64,000 nt of DNA. Origin: Eledone cirrhosa (Eukaryota). The notes beneath the pieces were generated by a model, which was not told where the DNA came from, did no database searches, and was given only the letters and a program-made list of their open reading frames with translations. Position 1 is the stretch's first letter; every line of letters starts with the position of its first letter. Shown here piece by piece: positions 1-11,335 of the stretch. The stretch is taken from assembly GCA_964016885.1 (NCBI GenBank), contig OZ024740.1, positions 422,716,001 through 422,780,000 on the forward strand. Direction: 5' to 3'. The position numbers were made by a program, and so were the translations under genes.

Positions 1-146
1 CCTGCTCTCACTTTACTGACAACTTATACATGGTTTACTCTCATTTCACATGTCATTCGTCTAAACCTAATTTTCTTAAATATCACCAGACTACAGATTG
101 TGGGATTTTGTTAAAGGTTTTCTCTGGGTCAATAGAAACTAAATTT

Positions 147-486
147 GGCTGAAAAGTTCAAAGGCTGACTAAGATACTCTCATGGAATGATCAAATGAGG
201 CTTATTTTTCAACACAGTCCCTGGAAAGAAAGAAAGCAGATATTAATATAAGAAGAGTTGAAATTAATGCATGTAAGATTTCACAGCTCTAACATCACTC
301 CTTCATAGTCAGCTAATAACCAAGATACTCTCATGGAATGATCAAATGAGGTTTATTTTTTAACATAGTTCCTGGAAAGAAACAATACAGTTATTAAGAA
401 GTGTTGAAATTAACACATGCAAGATTGCACAGTTCTAGCATCACTCCTTCATTGTCAGCCTATGAACCTTTCTGCTTACCCTTGTA
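147..486. mobile_element. Mariner/Tc1-like non-autonomous element (MITE) with an internally duplicated ~150-bp body
   Basis: Imperfect terminal inverted repeats: ctgaaaagttcaaaggctgac (149-169) and gtcagcctatgaacctttctg (454-474). The right end extends to ...ccccttgTA (486). The body occurs twice (aagatactctcatggaatgatcaaatgagg... at 171 and 322). Confidence 0.6.
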
Positions 487-1030
487 TAGTGGCTTACATT
501 TATCTAGCAAGGGACTTCTCTTGTAATTGTCTCACTAACAAGGTGTTGATGACCACCCTGTTAAAAATCCAAACTGTATCTCATCTATTTCTTTCGTCAG
601 TTTGATGTCACAGTAGTTCTTTCCAGAGTCTTTGGCCTTGTAGCAATTAATGATGATATTGCTACACAAGTCATAGAGTATGACATCATTATGTATTACC
701 TGGCTATTACCTAGTGACATCATCATGTATTACCTGGTGACATCATTATGTATTACCTGGTGACATCATCATGTATTACCTGGCTATTACCTGGTGGCAT
801 CATTATGTATTATCTGGTGACATCATCATGTATTACCTGGTGACATCATTATGTATTACCTGGTGACATCATTGTATTACCTGGCTATTACCTGGTGACA
901 TTATGTATTACCTGGTGACATCATGTATTACCTAGCTATAACCTGGTGACATCATGTATTACCTGATTATTTCTTGGTTGACTGTCAGTGATTTGTTTCT
1001 AGTCCACTGGATATTTTCAGCAATTTGGTG
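487..1030 (-). pseudogene. Decayed RTE-clade LINE reverse transcriptase fragment
   Basis: The minus strand reads LLKISSG...NQVIH..DVILYDLCSNIIINCYKAKDSGKNYCDIKL..IDEIQFGFLTGWSST, then after frameshifts LVRQLQEKSLA..KPLY. This matches the RTE RT motif order (xYKGKGD..NYRGIKL..DEMQFGF..GRSTTDAIF..RQLQEKY..KPLY..FVDLEKAFD). Stops, deletions and frameshifts are present. Confidence 0.75.
681..965. repeat. Minisatellite, ~20-34 bp units (tgacatcattatgtattacctgg, with or without ctattacctgg)
   Basis: About 11 directly visible tandem units inside the LINE fragment. Confidence 0.9.
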
Positions 1031-1286
1031 GACAATTTCTGAACTCGGAAAAATAATGCAAGTCATTTTGTTCTATACTCTAAAGACTCTGTCAATACCA
1101 ATTCTGTTGAGAAAAAGGGACTAATCATTAAAGGTGTTGGTAGTTCTATGCAGGATGTCTGTAGGTTTAATGGGGAAGTACAGGGTGTATATATTTCATT
1201 GAAAACACCTACAGTAGTAGTATAAATAAGGCAAACTTAGAAAAGACTATTTAGTTATAGTAAGATGAGATGAGTTGAGATGATGA

Positions 1287-1610
1287 CATATCACTGCATC
1301 ACAGGATGTCAATGTGACACTGGATCAGGATGTCAATGATCACTGCATCACAGGATGTCGACTTGATCACTGTATCAGGATGTCGACTTGATCACTGTAT
1401 CAGGATGTCGACTTGATCACTGTATCAGGATGTCGACTTGATCACTGTATCAGGATGTCGACTTGATCACTGTATCAGGATGTCGACTTGATCACTGTAT
1501 CAGGATGTCGACTTGATCACTGTATCAGGATGTCGACTTGATCACTGTATCAGGATGTCGACTTGATCACTGTATCAGGATGTTAACATGACACTGGATC
1601 TCTGGATCAC
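1287..1610. repeat. 25-bp minisatellite (caggatgtcgacttgatcactgtat)
   Basis: About 9 identical central units with degenerate units at both edges. Confidence 0.95.
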
Positions 1611-1700
1611 AATGTATGGAAATTTATTGCCACTCATCTCAGATGTGAAGTGTATGTTGTTGCTGTTGAGTGTCAGTGTTTTATTCCTGTAATAATATAA

Positions 1701-1885
1701 TTGTTTCTACGTTAGGCACAAGGCCAGCAATTGTCCAGTGCATTACTGGTACTTTATTTTATCGACCCGGTAAGGATAAAAGGCAAAGTCAACCTCGGCG
1801 GCATTTGAACTCAGATCGTAAATGGACGTAACTATGCTGGAAAGCATGGCGTCCAACCCTCTACCGATACTGCCAATCCACCGCC
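1701..1885 (-). mobile_element. tRNA-derived SINE with a 19-bp target-site duplication
   Basis: The minus strand starts ggcggtggat-tggcagtatcgg (A-box-like) and later has gagttcaaatgc (B-box-like) and an AT-rich tail. The perfect direct repeat tattcctgtaataatataa flanks it at 1682-1700 and 1886-1904. Confidence 0.85.
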
Positions 1886-2367
1886 TATTCCTGTAATAAT
1901 ATAAGGTTTCTAAATTATTGATTAAACATTCATGTCAGATTGTAATGGTTTCAAAAGTTCCATCTTTATAAATCAAGACAAGCTGCTGTAGTTCAAAGTC
2001 ATGTCTATTGATTTTCTCTGTTACTTTACCAAATATCCTTTTTATTGAGTCTTATACACCAACACAACACTGACCAATGAACTAAACATTCCATTAAATA
2101 TATTTTATTTGGTTACTTTTTAATGATGTTTTTGTGATGTTTTACCAGAGTTTATTGTCAATAAAGTCTAAGAAAGTAACATAAACATTAAATATCTTTG
2201 GTAATTGTTCTGTTTGTTGTAGTTAATGAGCAACAAACAATTTTATAATATAATTATTATGTTTGGAGCTAATGGGAGAGTCTTCTCTACATTGTTGCTT
2301 GGTCTGTTAGATATAGCTGCCAAATCTCCCTCAAATAGCTTTCTGTTGTTTTAAAAAAAGAAAGACA

Positions 2368-2668
2368 CTTTGGATAATATAATCTTAGGTAGACTTATGC
2401 TGGTTGTTTAGATGATATAATCTTAGATAGACTATGTCTGTACTTTAGATAATATTGTTTCTACTTTTGGCACAAGGCCAGCAATTACCAAGTACATTAC
2501 TGGTACTTTATTTTGTCGACACCAAAGTTAACCTCGGTGGGATTTGAAAGGGACGTAACTATACTGGAAAGCATGGCGTTCGACCTTCTACCGATACTGC
2601 CAATCCACCGCCCTAGATATACTTTATATGTACTTTAGATGATATAATCTTAGATAGGCTATGTCTGG
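2368..2668. repeat. Degenerate ~40-bp tandem repeat (tttagatgatataatcttagatagactatgtctg), interrupted by a SINE
   Basis: Units are visible at ~2368, ~2407, ~2444 (partial) and ~2634. Confidence 0.6.
2455..2612 (-). mobile_element. Second, internally deleted copy of the SINE at 1701-1885
   Basis: Shares ggcacaaggccagcaatt, attactggtactttatttt, aacctcgg, ggacgtaactat.ctggaaagcatggcgt and tctaccgatactgccaatccaccgcc with the first copy. Confidence 0.85.
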
Positions 2669-2812
2669 AGAAACAAAACAGGATGATCATAATTGTAACA
2701 CCTTGGATCCCATGTCTGCTCAATCTTAACTGACCAGGGGTTAAAAAACAACCACTATGTGTACCTCAGAAATAGACGTAACTGTATATTATCTGAACAA
2801 TTGATGTTAATA

Positions 2813-2894
2813 TATAAGGTGTCCTAAAAGTCAGTAGACCATTTCAAATTATAATATATATAAAATGGTCCAGTGACTTTTGGGACACTCTATA
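2813..2894. mobile_element. Tiny palindromic MITE (Tc1/mariner-like, TA-flanked)
   Basis: 32-bp imperfect inverted arms tataaggtgtcctaaaagtcagtagaccattt and aaatggtccagtgacttttgggacactctata around an 18-bp AT spacer. Confidence 0.65.
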
Positions 2895-3012
2895 TATTTA
2901 ATTTGTTTGATTCCTTCTAAAGATGGAAGTTATTCTTTCCAGACTTTGTCAGATCTTTTGCTGTACTTTGAGTTATTGACACACAGGGAGATTGTTATAT
3001 TATTATTTGTTT

Positions 3013-3123
3013 CCATATATGAACATATCCATATAGTTGGACATGGACATATATATGAACATGTCCATATAGTTGGACATGGAGATGTATATATATATAT
3101 ATATCAACATGTCCATATAGTTG
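3013..3123. repeat. Short tandem repeat, ~36 bp x about 3 (aacatgtccatatagttggacatgga)
   Basis: Direct repeats, with an internal inverted repeat catgtcca...tggacatg. Confidence 0.75.
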
Positions 3124-3235
3124 TAGCAAGTTAGTTAATTCATTCTATCTATTTTTTTTGTTTGTTTATTTTTAAACGTTACAAATGAGGTGTTTTGTTT
3201 TTTTATTTTTACTAGATGAGGGCAACATCTCCTTT

Positions 3236-3543
3236 CTGTCTCTCTCTCTCTCACGCACTCACACAGACACACACTCACACACAGACACACACACTCACAC
3301 ACAGACACACTCACACACACACAGACACACTCACACACACACAGACACACACACACACACACTCACACACACAGACACACACTCATACAAACTCACTCTC
3401 ACATGCACACTCACACTCTCACAATCTCACACACTCACACTCTCACACACACACACACACACTCACACACACACACACTCTCACACACTCTCACACACAC
3501 ACACTCACATACTCACACACCCTCTCATACACACACTCTCTCT
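3236..3543. repeat. Compound (CT)n/(CA)n microsatellite
   Basis: Directly visible; it explains the HT- and CV-rich ORFs. Confidence 0.95.
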
Positions 3544-3757
3544 AACCAATTTATGTTTCTTTTGTCTATCTATGTACATCTTTCATTTGCCCCCCCCCCC
3601 TCTCTATAGATGGAGGCAACGTCATAACTTTCTATCTATCTACCTCTTTCTGCCATCTAGAAAACACACACTGTTCCCTTTTCTCTCTCTATCTATGTAT
3701 ATATCTCTCACTTGGCACTCCTCCTCTCTACATAAAGTGAGTGTGATGGATGGAGGA

Positions 3758-4350
3758 ACAGACAGACAGACAGACCTCGCTCTTATTAAAATATAGACTA
3801 GCAGAAAACCACCCGGGGGGGGGGGGGGGGGGTTTCTGCTAGTCTATATATCTAAAACAGAGAATGTCTGTCTGTCAGCTCACTAAAACTTGAGAACCAT
3901 CCAACCGTTTGTTTTCAAACTTTAGACATGTAATACTTATGGTCCTGTGAGTGTTTTGAGCAAAAATTATTTCAAATTTTCAATGCCCTAGGGAGCGCAT
4001 TAGGCGATTTAGCGTTCTCTCTATATAATTCTTAGTCTTTCTTTTTAGATAGATACATAGATATAACGTTGCGCCCTTATAATATCTGTCTGTATGTCTG
4101 GCTGTCTGCATTACGTCATTATGACGCGCTCAGCGCGATTCCCTCGGCCTCAGTGACCAAAGTCAGTGGAGAGGGGAAGGTAATGTTTCTGTAGCACGTG
4201 TTTTAGCGTCTATTCACTCTCTCTCACTCCCCCTCTCCCTCCCGCTATCCCCCTCTCGTCTGTCTCTTTCACTCTCACTCTCTCTCTACGCACGTGTTTC
4301 CACTGTCGGACAGACAGACAGAGAAATTACTGGTTATATATATAAGTAGA
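3758..4350. mobile_element. Cluster of non-autonomous Helitron-like termini
   Basis: 5'-end-like motifs TC-tatata..aaa..(gtct)n start at 3843 (+), 3797 (-) and 4350 (-). 3'-end-like ...tttctgCTAG occurs on both strands around a G18 run (3815-3832). The family assignment is inferred from terminal motifs only. Confidence 0.5.
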
Positions 4351-4552
4351 TTTACAAAGTCTCATTTTAAAACACGACTGAAGTTAAGATACTAGAATAC
4401 CTTGCTAAAATCTATTGGTCATGTTAGTTATTAATATAGCTAAAGACCAGATCACCTTTGATCACTAGATAGGGGATAATCAATAAATTATTACAGTTTA
4501 GTTATTAGGGAAAAATTTAGACAAAAATTAAGTTGTAGATGATTGCAGTTCT

Positions 4553-7500
4553 GTGGAGGTGTGTGGCCTAGTGGTAAGGGTGTTGGACTTAAGACCATAA
4601 TGTTGTGGGTTTGAGTCCTGGACTGGGTTGTGTGGAGGTGTGTGGTCTAGTGGTAAGGGTGTTGGACTTAAGACCATAATGTGGGTTTGAGTCCTGGACT
4701 GGGTTGTGTGGAGGTGTGTGGCCTAGTGGTAAGGGTGTTGGACTTAAGACCATAATGTGGGTTTGAGTCCTGGACTGGGTTGTGTGGAGGTGTGTGGCCT
4801 AGTGGTAAGGGTGTTGGACTTAAGACCATAATGTTGTGGGTTTGAGTCCTGGACTGGGTTGTGTGGAGGTGTGTGGCCTAGTGGTAAGGGTGTTGGACTT
4901 AAGACCATAATGTTGTGGGTTTGAGTCCTGGACTGGGTTGTGTGGAGGTGTGGGGCCTAGTGGTAAGGGTGTTGGACTTAAGACCATAATGTGGGTTTGT
5001 GTCCTGGACTGGGTTGTGTGGAGGTGTGTGGCCTAGTGGTAAGGGTGTTGGACTTAAGACCATAATGTGGGTTTGAGTCCTGGACTGGGTTGTGTGGAGG
5101 TGTGTGGCCTAGTGGTAAGGGTGTTGGACTTAAGACCATAATGTTGTGGGTTTGAGTCCTGGACTGGGTTGTGTGGAGGTGTGTGGCCTAGTGGTAAAGG
5201 TGTTGGACTTAAGACCATAATGTGGGTTTGAGTCCTGGACTGGGTTGTGTGGAGGTGTGTGGCCTAGTGGTAAGGGTGTTGGACTTAAGACCATAATGTT
5301 GTGGGTTTGAGTCCTGGACTGGGTTGTGTGGAAGTGTGTGGTCTAGTGGTAAGGGTGTTGGACTTAAGACCATAATGTGGGTTTGAGTCCTGGACTGGGT
5401 TGTGTGGAGGTGTGTGGCCTAGTGGTAAGGGTGTTGGACTTAAGACCATAATGTTGTGGGTTTGAGTCCTGGACTGGGTTGTGTGGAGGTGTGTGGCCTA
5501 GTGGTAAGGGTGTTGGACTTAAGACCATAATGTTGTGGGTTTGAGTCCTGGACTGGGTTGTGTGGAGGTGTGTGGTCTAGTGGTAAGGGTGTTGGACTTA
5601 AGACCATAATGTGGGTTTGAGTCCTGGACTGGGTTGTGTGGAGGTGTGTGGCCTAGTGGTAAGGGTGTTGGACTTAAGACCATAATGTTGTGGGTTTGAG
5701 TCCTGGACTGGGTTGTGTGGAGGTGTGTGGTCTAGTGGTAAGGGTGTTGGACTTAAGACCATAATGTGGGTTTGAGTCCTGGACTGGGTTGTGTGGAGGT
5801 GTGTGGCCTAGTGGTAAGGGTGTTGGACTTAAGACCATAATGTTGTGGGTTTGAGTCCTGGACTGGGTTGTGTGGAGGTGTGGCCTAGTGGTAAGGGTGT
5901 TGGACTTAAGACCATAATGTTGTGGGTTTGAGTCCTGGACTGGGTTGTGTGGAGGTGTGTGGTCTAGTGGTAAGGGTGTTGGACTTAAGACCATAATGTG
6001 GGTTTGAGTCCTGGACTGGGTTGTGTGGAGGTGTGTGGCCTAGTGGTAAGGGTGTTGGACTTAAGACCATAATGTTGTGGGTTTGAGTCCTGGACTGGGT
6101 TGTGTGGAGGTGTGTGACCTAGTGGTAAGGGTGTTGGACTTAAGACCATAATGTGGGTTTGTGTCCTGGACTGGGTTGTGTGGAGGTGTGTGGCCTAGTG
6201 GTAAGGGTGTTGGACTTAAGACCATAATGTGGGTTTGTGTCCTGGACTGGGTGGTGTGGAGGTGTGTGGTCTAGTGGTAAGGGTGTTGGACTTAAGACCA
6301 TAATGTGGGTTTGAGTCCTGGACTGGGTTGTGTGGAGGTGTGTGGTCTAGTGGTAAGGGTGTTGGACTTAAGACCATAATGTGGGTTTGAGTCCTGGACT
6401 GGGTTGTGTGGAGGTGTGTGGTCTAGTGGTAAGGGTGTTGGACTTAAGACCATAATGTTGTGGGTTTGAGTCCTGGACTGGGTTGTGTGGAGGTGTGTGG
6501 TCTAGTGGTAAGGGTGTTGGACTTAAGACCATAATGTTGTGGGTTTGAGTCCTGGACTGGGTTGTGTGGAGGTGTGTGGTCTAGTGGTAAGGGTGTTGGA
6601 CTTAAGACCATAATGTGGGTTTGAGTCCTGGACTGGGTTGTGTGGAGGTGTGTGGTCTAGTGGTAAGGGTGTTGGACTTAAGACCATAATGTGGGTTTGA
6701 GTCCTGGACTGGGTTGTGTGGAGGTGTGTGGCCTAGTGGTAAGGGTGTTGGACTTAAGACCATAATGTTGTGGGTTTGAGTCCTGGACTGGGTTGTGTGG
6801 AGGTGTGTGGCCTAGTGGTAAGGGTGTTGGACTTAAGACCATAATGTTGTGCGTTTGAGTCCTGGACTGGGTTGTGTGGAGGTGTGGTCTAGTGGTAAGG
6901 GTGTTGGACTTAAGACCATAATGTGGGTTTGAGTCCTGGACTGGGTTGTGTGGAGGTGTGTGGCCTAGTGGTAAGGGTGTTGGATTTAAGACCATAATGT
7001 TGTGGGTTTGAGTCCTGGACTGGGTTGTGTGGAGGTGTGTGGTCTAGTGGTAAGGGTGTTGGACTTAAGACCATAATGTGGGTTTGAGTCCTGGACTGGG
7101 TTGTGTGGAGGTGTGTGGCTTAGTGGTAAGGGTGTTGGACTTAAGACCATAATGTTGTGGGTTTGAGTCCTGGACTGGGTTGTGTGGAGGTGTGTGGTCT
7201 AGTGGTAAGGGTGTTGGACTTAAGACCATAATGTGGGTTTGAGTCCTGGACTGGGTTGTGTGGAGGTGTGTGGTCTAGTGGTAAGGGTGTTGGACTTAAG
7301 ACCATAATGTGGGTTTGTGTCCTGGACTGGGTTGTGTGGAGGTGTGTGGCCTAGTGGTAAGGGTGTTGGACTTAAGACCATAATGTTGTGGGTTTGAGTC
7401 CTGGACTGGGTTGTGTGGAAGTGTGTGGTCTAGTGGTAAGGGTGTTGGACTTAAGACCATAATGTTGTGGGTTTGAGTCCTGGACTGGGTTGTGTGGAGG

Positions 7501-7840
7501 TGTGTGGTCTAGTGGTAAGGGTGTTGGACTTAAGACCATAATGTTGTGGGTTTGAGTCCTGGACTGGGTTGTGTGGAGGTGTGTGGTCTAGTGGTAAGGG
7601 TGTTGGACTTAAGACCATAATGTGGGTTTGAGGCCTGGACTGGGTTGTGTGGAGGTGTGTGGTCTAGTGGTAAGGGTGTTGGACTTAAGACCATAATGTT
7701 GTGGGTTTGAGTCCTGGACTGGGTTGTGTGGAGGTGTGTTGTCTAGTGGTAAGGGTGTTGGACTTAAGACCATAATGTTGTGGGTGTGAGTCCTGGACTC
7801 GGTTGTGTGGAGGTGTGTGGCCTAGTGGTAAAGGTGTTGA
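4553..7840 (+). repeat. Tandem array (~42 units of 76/79 bp) of a tRNA-like SINE head
   Basis: Unit: ggaggtgtg-TGGCCTAGTGG-taagggtgttggacttaagaccataatg(ttg)tg-GGTTTGAGTCC-tggactgggttgtgt. It carries an A box and a B box with a C>T change. Unit starts at 4555, 4634 and 4710 give periods of 79 and 76. Confidence 0.9.
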
Positions 7841-7857
7841 ATTTAGATTATATGTCG

Positions 7858-7916
7858 TGTATCTGTTATGATAATACTGTTTTCATAAAGTTGTATCTGT
7901 TATGATAATACTGTTT
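7858..7916. repeat. 25-bp direct duplication (tgtatctgttatgataatactgttt) just upstream of the 3' splice site
   Basis: Copies at 7858-7882 and 7892-7916. Confidence 0.8.
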
Positions 7917-7929
7917 ATTTTTGTTACAG

Positions 7930-7980
7930 ACTTCAGAGGGAGTTAGCAGAAATCACTGTAGACCCACCTCCAAACTGCAG
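7930..7980 (+). CDS. UBE2E: Internal coding exon (51 nt, phase 2-2) of a UBE2E-family ubiquitin-conjugating enzyme E2
   Basis: Acceptor tttatttttgttacAG and donor CAG|GTAAAT. Translation (R)LQRELAEITVDPPPNC(S) matches the UBE2E/UbcD2 helix-1 motif [25 protein letters not shown]. The exon is not in the ORF track in this frame. Confidence 0.9.
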
Positions 7981-8066
7981 GTAAATTATTTCTTTACTAT
8001 TAACCATTATTGCTACATCCCTTCTCTCTGTCTGTCTCTATCTTTCTTTTTATCATGTCACCAGCT

Positions 8067-8292
8067 TGACCACATTACAGGGTGGACTGGGTTCATCATG
8101 TCACCCACATGACCACCTTACAGGGTGGACTGGGTTCATCATGTCACCAGCATGACCACCTTACAGAGTGGACTGGGTACTTGTTTGTCATGTCACCCAC
8201 ATGACCACATTATAGGGTGGACTGGATACTTGTTTGTCAGGTCACCGACATAACCACCTTACAGGGTGGACTGGGTACTTGTTTATCATGTC
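8067..8292. repeat. Minisatellite, 5 units of ~42-50 bp (tgaccaccttacagggtggactgggt...)
   Basis: Directly visible tandem units. Confidence 0.85.
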
Positions 8293-8709
8293 TATAGTAT
8301 TTAAAAAATAATAATTTGTGTACATTGTTGTTTAAATAATCAATACAGTAAAAGTATTGATCACCTTGTAACAGTATGTGGTAAACTTATAAGATCAATA
8401 TCTACATGTATATAAATCATTAGAAACTGTCTTTATTTTATTGATTACTTCTTTTTATTAACAATATAATCACCTGTTTTGGTGAAATTTAACTTCTTAT
8501 TTTATACATAAATGGCTAAATGTTATCTCATAAAAGTTGTCCATGTGTAATGTGTATATGCGTGAGGTGACTTTTGTTCAATGTAAAGTTTCACTCCAAC
8601 TTTAGATGGCTAGTTATATATATATAACAAAGAAAGTTTGGTAAGAATCCGAACTGTTCGGAGCTCAGCCATCAGGCTCCTGACTCTTTTCCTATATATA
8701 TATATATTA

Positions 8710-8743
<34 letters not shown>

Positions 8744-8806
8744 GTAGAACACTGGAAGGTAATATCCATAGTGGTAGAGCACTCGGTCCATGGGACGAAT
8801 TTGGTG

Positions 8807-9008
8807 GAAGTAGTAACACGACAGTTAGTTCACCATACCGAGAACAATTATTTCACCTTAGCGGATCTTCAGCCCGTACTGGTCATGGTTATATGTTCAT
8901 ACAGTTGTTCTTTCTGTTCCGTATAATCATGACCAGTACGGGCTGAAGATCCGCTAAGGTGAAACAATTGTTCTCGGTATGGTGAACTAAGTGTTGTGTT
9001 ACCACTTC
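8807..9008. repeat. Long inverted repeat (89-bp arms, 24-nt loop), probably an inverted Penelope-like terminal repeat
   Basis: 8807-8895 matches the reverse complement of 8920-9008 with 6 mismatches by manual alignment. It sits in a (TA)n-rich context. Confidence 0.85.
8932..8983 (+). ncRNA. Putative minimal type I hammerhead ribozyme (mirror copy on the - strand at 8832-8883)
   Basis: accagtacggg-CTGAAGA-tccgctaaggt-GAAA-caattg-tt|ctcggtatggt. Core boxes are present, stem III is palindromic (acaattgt), and the flanks can pair as stem I with two bulges. Stem II is weak. Confidence 0.5.
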
Positions 9009-9021
9009 TATATATATATAT

Positions 9022-9158
9022 ATCATCATTTTCATCATTTCATTTTACGTCCGCTTTTTCTCTGCTTGCAAGGGTGGGACGGGAACTGATTCTGGCTTGA
9101 TTTCTAGAGCTGGATGCCCTTCCTAACACCAACCTCATTTACAGTGAGTACTGGGTGC

Positions 9159-9190
<32 letters not shown>

Positions 9191-9377
9191 CACCTCCACG
9201 ACCACTTTGCAGTGGAATGATAGGGACCTCAGTCCCTAGCATCTCATTTCTACAGCTGAGTAAACTGGAGCAATGTGAAATAAAGTGTCTTGCTCAGGGA
9301 AACAACACATCACCCGGTCTGAGAATTGAACTCACAACCTTTCGATTGCAAGGCCAATGCTCTAACCACTAAGGCAT
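9022..9377 (-). mobile_element. tRNA-derived SINE (possibly composite) with internal poly(A) and an (ATG)n-like tail
   Basis: The minus strand reads tgccttagtgg (A box) ... gagttcaattc (B box) ... ctgagcaagacacttt ... A-run ... ggttggtgttaggaagggcatccagc ... gcggacgtaaaatgaaatgatg. It is flanked by (TA)n on both sides. Confidence 0.75.
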
Positions 9378-9391
9378 GTATATATATATAT

Positions 9392-9536
9392 CTAGGGAGT
9401 GTAACTTGGAGTTACTGCAGGTATTTTTTTTTTTCTTGTACCAAAATCGAACCTTGAGCTGATCAGTGGCGAAACGTGCGTCACCTACCAATAAATGTAA
9501 TGAAGGAGTAACCATTCGTCCTTGGTATCCTTTCAA
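9392..9536 (+). mobile_element. Short retroelement-end-like fragment between (TA)n runs (possible Penelope-like tail)
   Basis: ctgatcagtggcGAAACgtgcGTC is followed by aataaa, a degenerate hammerhead-like 3' half. The fragment is bounded by TA repeats. Confidence 0.3.
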
Positions 9537-9601
9537 TATATATATATATATATAGGAGGAAGTGGTAACACTGTGGTTACCTCCGATTCAACCCGGAATA
9601 A

Positions 9602-11332
<1,731 letters not shown>

Positions 11333-11335
<3 letters not shown>

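Noticed and set aside
2270-2752. Possible additional dispersed retroelement tail hosting the 40-bp repeat
   Set aside because: It looks repeat-like, but it is single-copy in this window and has no diagnostic termini I can support.
2880-3796. HT-, CV- and HIVGHG-rich ORFs
   Set aside because: They are products of the (CA)n microsatellite and the 36-bp tandem repeat.
4121-4185. Possible upstream UBE2E exon ending at gaag|gtaatg in a CpG-containing patch
   Set aside because: The phase-2 frame has an in-frame TGA, there is no STSAK-like peptide, and it lies among Helitron-like fragments.
5674-6995. Pro/Thr/His-rich minus-strand ORFs
   Set aside because: They are chance open frames through the 76/79-bp array and depend on unit indels.
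4553-7840. Functional tandem tRNA-Leu(TAA) genes
   Set aside because: The acceptor stem cannot pair, the anticodon and T stems are broken, the TTC is mutated to TTT, and there is no long variable arm or terminator. A SINE head fits better.
681-7840. CRISPR-like arrays
   Set aside because: The repeats are contiguous with no unique spacers, there are no cas genes, and the context is eukaryotic.
7921-8112. 63-aa ORF from the track
   Set aside because: It is in the wrong frame; the real signal is the spliced 51-nt exon in another frame.
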